41,822 nucleotides of DNA from a virus (taxonomy: Duplodnaviria > Caudoviricetes), in the IMG/VR virus record IMGVR_UViG_3300037484_001946, positions 1 through 41,822 of that record; one strand, 5' to 3'. The translations under genes and the position numbers were made by a program. The stretch's first letter is position 1. Every line of letters starts with the position of its first letter. The notes below the pieces were generated by a model. The model was not told where the DNA came from, did not search any database, and was given only the letters and a program-made list of their open reading frames with translations. This document shows, one piece after another, positions 1 to 7,861 of the stretch.

Positions 1-1170
1 TTACTTCGCGGCGGCGGCGATAACCTGCGCCGTGATCCCGAATCGGCCGAGATCGGCTCGGTCGTTATTCCCGCCATAGAGCTCCCTGGCCAGGATTTCA
101 AGACCAGCCCCGCCGAGCTCGAGGACCCGGGCTCCGAGTGCCGCGGCCACGTCGAGCCCGACCCCGCAGCGGCCCTTCGCGTCACAGCCTCCGGTCCCGC
201 CGAAGAACCCGTCCGAAGACCAGATCGTCTTCGCGGCCGAGATGCCGTAGTATTCCCTGATCTCGTTCGGCCGGCCGAGCCCATGAGGGGAGAACAGCCC
301 GACCTGGCCGGCGATCGCCACGGCGTTCCGCCCGGGCGAGGCGGCGATGTTCGCCGCGTCAACGCCCCGGGCCGTCATCTCCCCGACCGCCCATCTGTGC
401 CACCCGATCATCACAGCATCGTCCCAATCCATAGCGTCGTACTCGTTCATCGGCTCGATGATCCATTCGAGCCCGGCGACGGACCGCGCCGCTTCGATCG
501 TCCTCCCGATGAGCGCGGCGTGGTAAGGACGCATCGCCATGCCCCAGACGCCGCCCGGAGTCGAGGACGAAAGCGCCTCCTCCGAGCAAATCATGGGGTT
601 GTAGTATTTCGTCCGCGAGTCGCCCTTGAGCGAGCAGTAGTCCTCGACGACGAGCCAGACCGCGAGGCCTCGGGCCTGGCAAGCCCGGAGGATCACGTCG
701 AGTTTCGCCCAGAACGCCTCGTCCCAAGCGGAGAGCCGGTAGAGCGGGAACGTGATCCCGTTGTCATGGGTCCACGTCCCGACCTGGACGTAGGGCGAGC
801 CGCCCGTCTGTGGGCCATTCCAGGACCAGCAGATAAAGAGCCGGATTCCCTTCGCCTTGCTCGCCATCACCGCGTCGAGGAACGGGAGGACTTCCCCCGT
901 CGCACCGAGGAGGTCGTATGCGCCGACCCAGACCCGGACTCTCGGCTCCGGATCCGGGGCCTTGTGGACGGCGCAGATCGCCGTCGGCTCCTTCCCTTTC
1001 TCGAAGGCCCGGATCTCGGTCGAGGGGCACCACTCGTTCGGGAGGAGGATGGACTCCGAGCAGACCTCGACCTGGACGACCGGCGGAGGCGTCGGGCCGG
1101 GTCCGCACTTGATCCCGAGGCAAAGAAGCGTAGGGAGGAGAATGAGAATTACGGCGTATCGTTTCATCAT
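1..1170 (-). CDS. Exported, probably lipid-anchored protein with Cys/His motif and glycoside-hydrolase-like (clan GH-A) TIM barrel
   Basis: Start MMKRY at 1170; hydrophobic signal ending LGIKC (non-canonical lipobox), then Pro linker; VEVC..LLPNEWCP..F.KG.EP..IC.VH motif; GIRLF, FWAKLD..L, GLAVWL and EPMNE motifs typical of GH5/GH42-like barrels. Confidence 0.6.
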   Translation of the reverse strand: MMKRYAVILILLPTLLCLGIKCGPGPTPPPVVQVEVCSESILLPNEWCPSTEIRAFEKGKEPTAICAVHKAPDPEPRVRVWVGAYDLLGATGEVLPFLDAVMASKAKGIRLFICWSWNGPQTGGSPYVQVGTWTHDNGITFPLYRLSAWDEAFWAKLDVILRACQARGLAVWLVVEDYCSLKGDSRTKYYNPMICSEEALSSSTPGGVWGMAMRPYHAALIGRTIEAARSVAGLEWIIEPMNEYDAMDWDDAVMIGWHRWAVGEMTARGVDAANIAASPGRNAVAIAGQVGLFSPHGLGRPNEIREYYGISAAKTIWSSDGFFGGTGGCDAKGRCGVGLDVAAALGARVLELGGAGLEILARELYGGNNDRADLGRFGITAQVIAAAAK

Positions 1171-1696
1171 CGGCGACGACCTTCTCTTTTTCAAGTTTCT
1201 CTATCCGCGACAGTAAATCCTGAATGACGATGGCCTGGGCGGAGACGAGCACCGAGAGATTTCGGCCCGTCTTTCCGCTCCGCCCTTGGTTAGAAAGGAC
1301 GACCGCATAGGCTTCGGCAAGGTCCTGGGGCGGCTTGGAGTCCCCGTAAATATCCCCATTGATGACGACGGCCCCATTGGCCGTGATCCGCATCCGCTCG
1401 ACACCGGCCGTGGCAATAACGAAATCATCCTGGGCGTAGATACCCAGGTTTTGTTTCGCGCCCCCTGCCGTCGCATAGGAGAAAATGGAATGGGATCTGG
1501 CGACATTAAAAACGGGGCCTAAAGTAGCCAGGTCTGCAAACGTCCGGATATCGGTATTCGTCCCGGCCGTGCCGCGGGCGGAGATTCTAACCGGCTTCCA
1601 ATGAGTATCCGCTTGGCCGCTTACGCCGAGATCCGCCGGGGCCATGACGAAAGCCAGGCCGATTAAAAGAGCCGAAACTTTGGTTGTTTGTTTCAT
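764..1696 (-). CDS. Signal-peptide protein paralogous to part of the tail fibre; C-terminal ~130 aa probably a spurious read-through
   Basis: GGAGGG RBS; MKQTTK + hydrophobic stretch + VSG/Q; FADLATLGPVFNVAR..SIFSYATAGGAKQNLG matches the fibre at 2083-3495; coiled-coil IQDLLSRIEKLEK; remainder overlaps the next gene out of frame. Confidence 0.7.
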   Translation of the reverse strand: MKQTTKVSALLIGLAFVMAPADLGVSGQADTHWKPVRISARGTAGTNTDIRTFADLATLGPVFNVARSHSIFSYATAGGAKQNLGIYAQDDFVIATAGVERMRITANGAVVINGDIYGDSKPPQDLAEAYAVVLSNQGRSGKTGRNLSVLVSAQAIVIQDLLSRIEKLEKEKVVADDETIRRNSHSPPYASLPRDQVRTRPDASAGRPGRGLLGVHPPPERVVPLDRDPGLREREGADGDLRRPQGPGSGAESPGLGRRIRPPRCDGGSPPVPRRGDGEQGEGNPALYLLVLEWPTDGRLALRPGRDVDP

Positions 1697-1701
1697 CGTA
1701 T

Positions 1702-1738
1702 CCCTCCGTCGGCTAGATCATAGCACACTGGCGGAGGG
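1702..1738 (-). promoter_or_regulatory. Extended -10 promoter (TGcTATGAT) flanked by a 7-bp inverted repeat that includes the RBS
   Basis: Minus strand TGTGCTATGAT at 1727-1717; CCCTCCG (1702-1708) and CGGAGGG (1732-1738) are reverse complements. Confidence 0.55.
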
Positions 1739-1754
1739 GGCGATGGTCCACGGC

Positions 1755-2069
1755 TTACTTCTTTTCCGCGGGAGGCTCGATCATGTCCCAAGCCTGGCCG
1801 ACGACGAGCGCCGACGCGTACACCTTGGCGATGAGATTCTTGACGAGAACGACTTCATCGCTCGTCAGGTCGATCTCGTCTCCGGCCATCCAGATCCGCC
1901 CGGCGAGGTGATAGCGTTTTTGTTTTTCCTTGCCGTCGATCCTCTCGTCCTGGGGCGTCATGTTCAAAGCGTTGACCATGACGTCTTTCAGGGTCATGGG
2001 GTCGTTGCCTTCTTTGATCGGCTCACCCCTCATCGTTTGAAGAACCGTCGAAAGCCCCGTGATTTTCAT
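1755..2069 (-). CDS. Small protein downstream of tail fibre (fibre-assembly chaperone candidate)
   Basis: Strong AAGGAGGAGG RBS before MKITGL; 104 aa; EK.KRY.LA..I...EIDLT.DEV pattern I recognise in proteins following phage fibre genes. Confidence 0.6.
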   Translation of the reverse strand: MKITGLSTVLQTMRGEPIKEGNDPMTLKDVMVNALNMTPQDERIDGKEKQKRYHLAGRIWMAGDEIDLTSDEVVLVKNLIAKVYASALVVGQAWDMIEPPAEKK

Positions 2070-2082
2070 TGTCTCCTCCTCC

Positions 2083-3495
2083 TTAATGATTCGCCATAGC
2101 GGACATGGGCTCATAATAGACGATCGCCCGGATCTCGCCTTGGGCGGTAAAAGCATCGACGCCCGGGTTCGAGTGCTTTTGGATCGTGATATTCGTCGTC
2201 GCCGTGGTTAAATCGACGGCCCAAGCCGCCTGCGCCGCAAGCGTCCCGCCCGTGTCGAGCCCGCCCCACGGAACATATATCTTGGTATTGATAGCCACGG
2301 CCTCCTCATGGGCGATGGTGGCCACGTTGCCGCCGACGTATTGGGCGTTCCACGTCTCGCCGGCGGCCAGCGCGGATTCGACCCGGAGCTGCGTCCCGAG
2401 AATCCTCGAGCCGGCCGGGATAGATAGCGTGATTGTGATCGTATGGTTCGCCGTGATCGCGGCCGACGCCTCCGCCATTTTCCTGACGTAGCCCCCGGTC
2501 GTCCCCATCGTCAGCAGCGTCTTGAGGTGAAAGCCGCCGTCGTAATAAAGCCGCGCCCACTCCGTGCCCGCGCAGGCCAGCACAAGATCATGGCGGGCAT
2601 GAAGGCCAAGATTTTGCTTCGCGTCTCCCGCCGTCGAGTAGGAGAAAAGGGAGTTCGCTAATTGCCAGTCCACGGGCCGAGCGAGGTTGAATACCGCGCC
2701 GAGCGTCACCAGGTCCGTGAAAACCGCGTCGGTCGTGTAGGCTCCGGCGACCTTGCTGAATTGGAAAAGCAATTCGTTGTCGACGACGGCTCCTCCGCTA
2801 TAAACTTCGAGACCGCCGGTCCCATTCTCATCGTTCGGCCGAGGGCTATTGATGGCTACGGAGCCCGCCCCCGCGCTCCCTATGCAGGAGTCCCCGGAGG
2901 TGAAGGCTCCCGACGTCGGCTCGAACCAGAGACGGTGAACGTCCTGCGTGCTGTATAAAATCCAGACGTTCGAGGCATTACGTCCGGTCAGCCATTTATC
3001 AACCCCGGCATAGTTAGCAAAATTGATATATTCTCGGTGATCGGCCGTGGACCCGGCCTGGAGCCGGATATGGACCTCGTTCTCGTAATCGTTGCCCACC
3101 CCAACAATATCCTGGGCATTCTTAAGGAGGACTTGGATAGTCGGCGCGTCGGCGGCGCCGAGAACGTTGACCGTCAGAAGGCCGGTCAAGTTCAGCCCGG
3201 CGAAAGTCGGCGTGTCTCCCTCCGTCAAGCCCGTAGTGCCAAGCGGCTGATTCTCGATTTTGTAGGTCGTGATCCCCGAGCCGGAAACCTGGACATCATA
3301 ATTGCCGGCGGTCGCGAAGAACTGGAAGCGGCCCAGGACGTCCGTAGTGAACGGGTTGTCCTTTACGATTGTCCCCGCGGCGTCCGCCCAGATCGATGCG
3401 AGGACGACCGTGCCGGCGTTGTAGACCGTGATCGTCGCGGTCCGCGGCGATCCCACGTCTGTAGTTATGGAATTAAAATAACCGACTTTGCTCAT
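2083..3495 (-). CDS. Tail fibre / receptor-binding protein
   Basis: N-terminal TITVY.AGT...ASIW.D..NPFTTD..GRFQFF...G.YD virion-attachment domain; Gly/Thr-rich beta body; position at distal end of tail operon. Confidence 0.75.
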   Translation of the reverse strand: MSKVGYFNSITTDVGSPRTATITVYNAGTVVLASIWADAAGTIVKDNPFTTDVLGRFQFFATAGNYDVQVSGSGITTYKIENQPLGTTGLTEGDTPTFAGLNLTGLLTVNVLGAADAPTIQVLLKNAQDIVGVGNDYENEVHIRLQAGSTADHREYINFANYAGVDKWLTGRNASNVWILYSTQDVHRLWFEPTSGAFTSGDSCIGSAGAGSVAINSPRPNDENGTGGLEVYSGGAVVDNELLFQFSKVAGAYTTDAVFTDLVTLGAVFNLARPVDWQLANSLFSYSTAGDAKQNLGLHARHDLVLACAGTEWARLYYDGGFHLKTLLTMGTTGGYVRKMAEASAAITANHTITITLSIPAGSRILGTQLRVESALAAGETWNAQYVGGNVATIAHEEAVAINTKIYVPWGGLDTGGTLAAQAAWAVDLTTATTNITIQKHSNPGVDAFTAQGEIRAIVYYEPMSAMANH

Positions 3496-3497
3496 GT

Positions 3498-3977
3498 TCA
3501 ACCTTCCTGATCGTAGTACCCGACGAGCTGAATTGTGATCGAGCCTTCGGCCGCCAGGAGGTAAGTCAGTTCCTGCCCGCTATCGAGTCCGATGATCGCT
3601 TGCCCGCCCCAAAAGTTCGCCCAGCACGTCGCGTCCCCGGAATCGTTTATCTCCCACCCGATCTTCACCGCCCAATCTGTAGCACCCTTGGGCTTAAGAT
3701 AAAGTTTGAACCACCGCGGTTCTCCTCCGCCCGCGTCCTGCCAAGCCGAGATGACCGCCGCGACCGCTCGGGCCGAAGTGTTCGCCGTGAGGTCGAGGTC
3801 GTGATTCGCCCCGTCATTGGTGAGCGTGAGCGCGGCCGGCGTCGTTTTCCATCGGAGGTATGCAGGCTTCGAGTCGATATAGGTTTTGACGTTCGGCCAA
3901 ATCTGATGGGCTTCGGTCCATCCGGCCCTGATATGAGCGCCCATGTCCGCCTGCCGGGCGACTTCTTTTTCGGCCAT
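3498..3977 (-). CDS. Minor tail protein (hypothetical)
   Basis: 159 aa, GGAGG RBS, lies between hub and fibre genes; beta-rich C-terminus ending IQLVGYY. Confidence 0.6.
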   Translation of the reverse strand: MAEKEVARQADMGAHIRAGWTEAHQIWPNVKTYIDSKPAYLRWKTTPAALTLTNDGANHDLDLTANTSARAVAAVISAWQDAGGGEPRWFKLYLKPKGATDWAVKIGWEINDSGDATCWANFWGGQAIIGLDSGQELTYLLAAEGSITIQLVGYYDQEG

Positions 3978-3978
3978 A

Positions 3979-6900
3979 TCACACCGCCTCCGCGGTAATC
4001 GTCATCGAGCGCCCCCCCGGCGATTTCGTCACGGCGAGGCCGCACATCAGGAGCCCCGAAGCCGAACCATTCGCGCTCGGATACCGATCCGCCGTGAGAT
4101 AGAAAGCGTCCCCGGGCATGAGCTTCCACGCGATGCTCGGGATAGTAATTTCGACCGGCCGCTTGCCGAACGCAGCCACGATCTCATCGCCGAGCGCCAG
4201 GGCGTCGGACTCTGAGATAAGGGCCGTATTGTGCGTGATCGAGGTCTGCACGCGCCGCTCCCTGGCCGCGGCCGGGAGCGTCTTTTTTATATTCTGGAAT
4301 CGTCCGCTTTCACCCGAGTTCTCGGCGTAGTTGACGACGAACTCCGATGCGTAAAGGCTAAGGTTCCGGCTGGATGTGATGTCCTTTCCGTGTCCATTCC
4401 TGATATAGATGGCCCCGGAAGGCGCGGCCGCCATTTTACGTTTCAGCCCCACGCGCCCGCGGGAGTCCTGGATGGAATAGGCGAAGGTCGAAGCCTCGAT
4501 GAGCCGGATAAGCTCTTGCGAATCCTGTCCGCCCTTGTAGGCGCCCCAGCCCAGGTGGGCGGTGAGCGCGTCGTGCGTCGTATAGATCGAATCGAAATCC
4601 AGCTCGTCAACGGTCAGGCCGACATGCCGGATTTGAAAGTCAATGAATTGGAGGGCGCCGTGGTCGAGCGAATTATCGGCGTCGTCCACATGGCCCGTGA
4701 TGTCGCCGTCGATCACGTCGGACGAGGAATAGGTGAGCCCGCGGGCAAGCGTCACCCGGCCGCGCTGATAGTCGATGAAATAATCCGTGCCCGCCACGAG
4801 CGCCACGCCGTTCTGCCGGACCGCGTCCACGCTTTTCAATCGGCCATTATGAAACTCGTATATCCGGTTCACGGTGTCGATACATTTGGGGATGACCCCG
4901 GTGTTGACCCCGTACCAGAACGGCCGCGCTTGATCCGCCAGGTTCGAGTCCATGTTTGCGAATTCGGTCGCGCTATATGTTTCCGCCGGCAAGGTCACGG
5001 CCCGGCCCGCCCGGATATCTCCGAGGGCGAGTTCGAATGCCCGACTCGACCAGGTTGCGGATTGGATCGTCGCCGTATGTACGATCTCGAGCTGGGCGTA
5101 AGTCGCGCCCGGGGCACCGGCAAGGATTCGGGCCGGACGATTTTCCCAGAGCCAGGTCTCGGCTCGGGTGTCGAAAAAGTATCCGCCCCATCCCTTACGA
5201 TATCCGTTTATCAGCTTGATCGTCCCGGATGACAGGGAGAACGATCCCTGCCAGATGGGGGCGATGGACATCGAGACGTCGGGGATCCCGCCGTCCGCGA
5301 TGAGCGGGAGATATTGCCGCGAGTTGAATTCGGCGATATCTCCAGCCTTGTTCCATCCCGAGAAGTAGGCCCAGAACGTGCCGACGTAGGAATAGTTGAC
5401 GGGATCATCGCCCCCGCTCGCGTGCACGTACATTTTCCGCGTCGCGGTATCGTACCACCACGATCCGGCCGCAGCCTCGACCGTGGCGATTGAAGTCTTG
5501 AGGGTCAGGGCCGTCCCGTTCTCCTCTACTCCATCGAAGGCGATCCGCTTCTCGAAGTTCCCGATTTCGTAGGTGTACGTCTTGCCCGACGTAAGCGCCC
5601 AGCCCTGGAGCTTCATCGCCGGTTGGACTTCGACATAATAGCGGAGCGTCCCATTCAGCCGGCGACTCACTCGCTCGAAGGCCGACGGCGAGTACGCGGC
5701 GAGCGTCGTCCCGGAGACCGACGTGGCATAGGCCGATGACCCGACGGCGTTATAGGCACAGACCCGGACGTAATACAGGGTCGAGGCCGTGAGATTGCGG
5801 AGGAAGAAATTATCCAAACCCTTCCACGCCCGCCCCCGCTCGGTCCACGTTGCATTATCGGGCGAGGTCTCGATAATGAACCCGGCCTCGTCCGTCGCAC
5901 CCGGGGCCCAGGTTACTCGCATCGATGTGTTTTGAATCTCTGAAAGGACGAGAGCCGAGGGCGCCGTGGGAGCTGAGAGCGTCGTCCCGGAGGCGACATC
6001 GGAATAGGACGAGTACGAGTCCGGGCTCCCGCTCTGCCGCGCCCGAACGCGAAAATATCTTGTGACCCCGTTTCCGGACACGGTGACCCGGTAGAAAGTC
6101 CGGTTCGGTTCGAGCGTCGCAATCTCCGTCCAGCCGGTGACGCCATCACTCGACCGTTCAAGTCGGTGATCCGTCTCGAGTTCGGAATTGTCGTCAAAGA
6201 TAATTTCCAGCTGCTCGGCCCCCCAGGGCGTAACGGTGAGGTTCGTGGGCTGGGCGATCGCCGCCCAGGTCGAAGTCATGGCCGGCGAGCAGTATCCCGA
6301 GTTCCCTGAGTCGTTATAGGCCCGGACCCGGAACCAATAAGGCGTGTTCGACGCGAGCCCCGTCGCCTCATAGGTGATGATGTTCGCGGCGACCGTTCCG
6401 ACTTGAGCGTAGGTGATCCCATCTGCCGACTGCTCGATTTTAAACCCGGTTTCGTTCTCAGCGTTGTCCGTCCAATTCAGCCGGATCTTCGTTGTTCCCG
6501 TGGCCGTCGCCGTGAGCAGGGCCGGCGCATTCGGCGGGTCCGACGTGAAAACATCCACATCCGCCGTAAGCCCGGACGAGACGACACCGTTATAGGCTTC
6601 GACCTGGTACTCGTACCACGTCGCCGGCGTGAGCCCCGTATCCTGCCAGCTCGTCCCGTTCGGCCCGGTTGTATGGACAAGGGCGCCGTTCCGATAAACC
6701 CGGAATCCGCTCTCGTTCTGCGAATTGTCGGCCCATGAAACCGTTACTTCCGTGTTCGAGGCGGCCGTCGCCTGGAGGTCGGTCGGAAGCGGGATCGTCG
6801 TCGTCGCCGAAACCCAGCCCGTCCAATCGCTGAATTCCCCGGGCGGTTCCGCCGTGCTCCATCCCCGGACCCGATATTGATAGGTCGTCCCATCTTGGCA

Positions 6901-7065
6901 CGAATCGTCGTTCCATGACGTTGCGTTCCAGCCGAGCGTTCCGCCGCCGGACGGCGAGCGTTCGATTTCTACGGCCTGATATACCTGTCCGTTCGTCCAG
7001 CTCAGATTGATTTGATGCGGGCCGGCTACAACTAAAACGAGGTCGGAAGGGGCGATGACGGACAT
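3979..7065 (-). CDS. Tail tip/hub protein with five N-terminal fibronectin type III domains
   Basis: Repeated AP..L..(I/V).(L/V).W.DN..NE.GF.IE.S....Y.FRVRAYN..G.S motifs in the first ~460 aa; C-terminal half resembles siphovirus hub/Tal proteins; second gene after tape measure. Confidence 0.8.
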   Translation of the reverse strand: MSVIAPSDLVLVVAGPHQINLSWTNGQVYQAVEIERSPSGGGTLGWNATSWNDDSCQDGTTYQYRVRGWSTAEPPGEFSDWTGWVSATTTIPLPTDLQATAASNTEVTVSWADNSQNESGFRVYRNGALVHTTGPNGTSWQDTGLTPATWYEYQVEAYNGVVSSGLTADVDVFTSDPPNAPALLTATATGTTKIRLNWTDNAENETGFKIEQSADGITYAQVGTVAANIITYEATGLASNTPYWFRVRAYNDSGNSGYCSPAMTSTWAAIAQPTNLTVTPWGAEQLEIIFDDNSELETDHRLERSSDGVTGWTEIATLEPNRTFYRVTVSGNGVTRYFRVRARQSGSPDSYSSYSDVASGTTLSAPTAPSALVLSEIQNTSMRVTWAPGATDEAGFIIETSPDNATWTERGRAWKGLDNFFLRNLTASTLYYVRVCAYNAVGSSAYATSVSGTTLAAYSPSAFERVSRRLNGTLRYYVEVQPAMKLQGWALTSGKTYTYEIGNFEKRIAFDGVEENGTALTLKTSIATVEAAAGSWWYDTATRKMYVHASGGDDPVNYSYVGTFWAYFSGWNKAGDIAEFNSRQYLPLIADGGIPDVSMSIAPIWQGSFSLSSGTIKLINGYRKGWGGYFFDTRAETWLWENRPARILAGAPGATYAQLEIVHTATIQSATWSSRAFELALGDIRAGRAVTLPAETYSATEFANMDSNLADQARPFWYGVNTGVIPKCIDTVNRIYEFHNGRLKSVDAVRQNGVALVAGTDYFIDYQRGRVTLARGLTYSSSDVIDGDITGHVDDADNSLDHGALQFIDFQIRHVGLTVDELDFDSIYTTHDALTAHLGWGAYKGGQDSQELIRLIEASTFAYSIQDSRGRVGLKRKMAAAPSGAIYIRNGHGKDITSSRNLSLYASEFVVNYAENSGESGRFQNIKKTLPAAARERRVQTSITHNTALISESDALALGDEIVAAFGKRPVEITIPSIAWKLMPGDAFYLTADRYPSANGSASGLLMCGLAVTKSPGGRSMTITAEAV

Positions 7066-7066
7066 G

Positions 7067-7861
7067 TTACGCGCTCTTCTTTATCTCAGCGTCCCAGGTC
7101 CAGTAATCGACATGCGAATATGCAGGCCGGTTGATCGTGATGAGCCGCGCCCACCATGCGTTGCCGCTGATATTCGGAGCCGTGTAATCAAAAACGAAAT
7201 CGATTGCCAGGGTCATTTGAGCTGTCGAGATCATCGTCTTGACGTTCACCCTGGCCGTGTCCGAGAGCCGGACCGAAAAGGCCATCGTATCCCGGCTGTC
7301 CCGTTCCTGGACGGTGTATTCGTTGCCGCTGGCCGAGACGTCGAGTTCGGAATCCGCGGACGGCCCTTCTTCATACCCCTCGGCCTTCCTTGCCGAGCCA
7401 AGGTCGACATACTTACCAAGGACGACAGTCCCGATCTGGATATAGTTCGAAGGGTTCGCCGCATCCTGGATGTAAGCGCGGACATATCGTTTCTGCCGGG
7501 GCGCCGCCAAGAATCCCCTGAGATTATTTCCATTGTAGGTAAGCGTGTCCGTGACGACGTTCACGGTGAACGCGGCATCGTCCGCACCCTTAATCTGGAT
7601 CGTGGCCGCTGATGTGAAGTTATGATTAAAGAGGCCTACGTAATCGTAGGTTTTGGCCGAGCCGAGGTCCACGTCGATCGTCGGCGTGAGCGCCCCGGCT
7701 GCCGACCGCCAGACAAAGGATGTATCGTCGTCCTGGGTGTTCTCGGCCGGATATTGCGGATTTTCGCTCGACGCTCCGAGCATCGTTCCCGAGCGCCAGA
7801 AGTTGTCATAGATAACCCGCAGGTTAGCAACGCCGCTGTTTTCGACGGGGATGCCCATCAA
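7067..7861 (-). CDS. Distal tail (Dit-like) protein with discoidin/CBM-like domain
   Basis: Directly after tape measure; ASSE...YPAEN..D....WRS and IDVDLGS..HNF..RYVR motifs. Confidence 0.65.
   Translation of the reverse strand: MMGIPVENSGVANLRVIYDNFWRSGTMLGASSENPQYPAENTQDDDTSFVWRSAAGALTPTIDVDLGSAKTYDYVGLFNHNFTSAATIQIKGADDAAFTVNVVTDTLTYNGNNLRGFLAAPRQKRYVRAYIQDAANPSNYIQIGTVVLGKYVDLGSARKAEGYEEGPSADSELDVSASGNEYTVQERDSRDTMAFSVRLSDTARVNVKTMISTAQMTLAIDFVFDYTAPNISGNAWWARLITINRPAYSHVDYWTWDAEIKKSA

Noticed and set aside
1385-2722. Fibre/mini-fibre similarity as a DGR template and variable repeat pair
   Set aside because: Differences are not adenine-specific, include an indel and synonymous changes, and no reverse transcriptase is present
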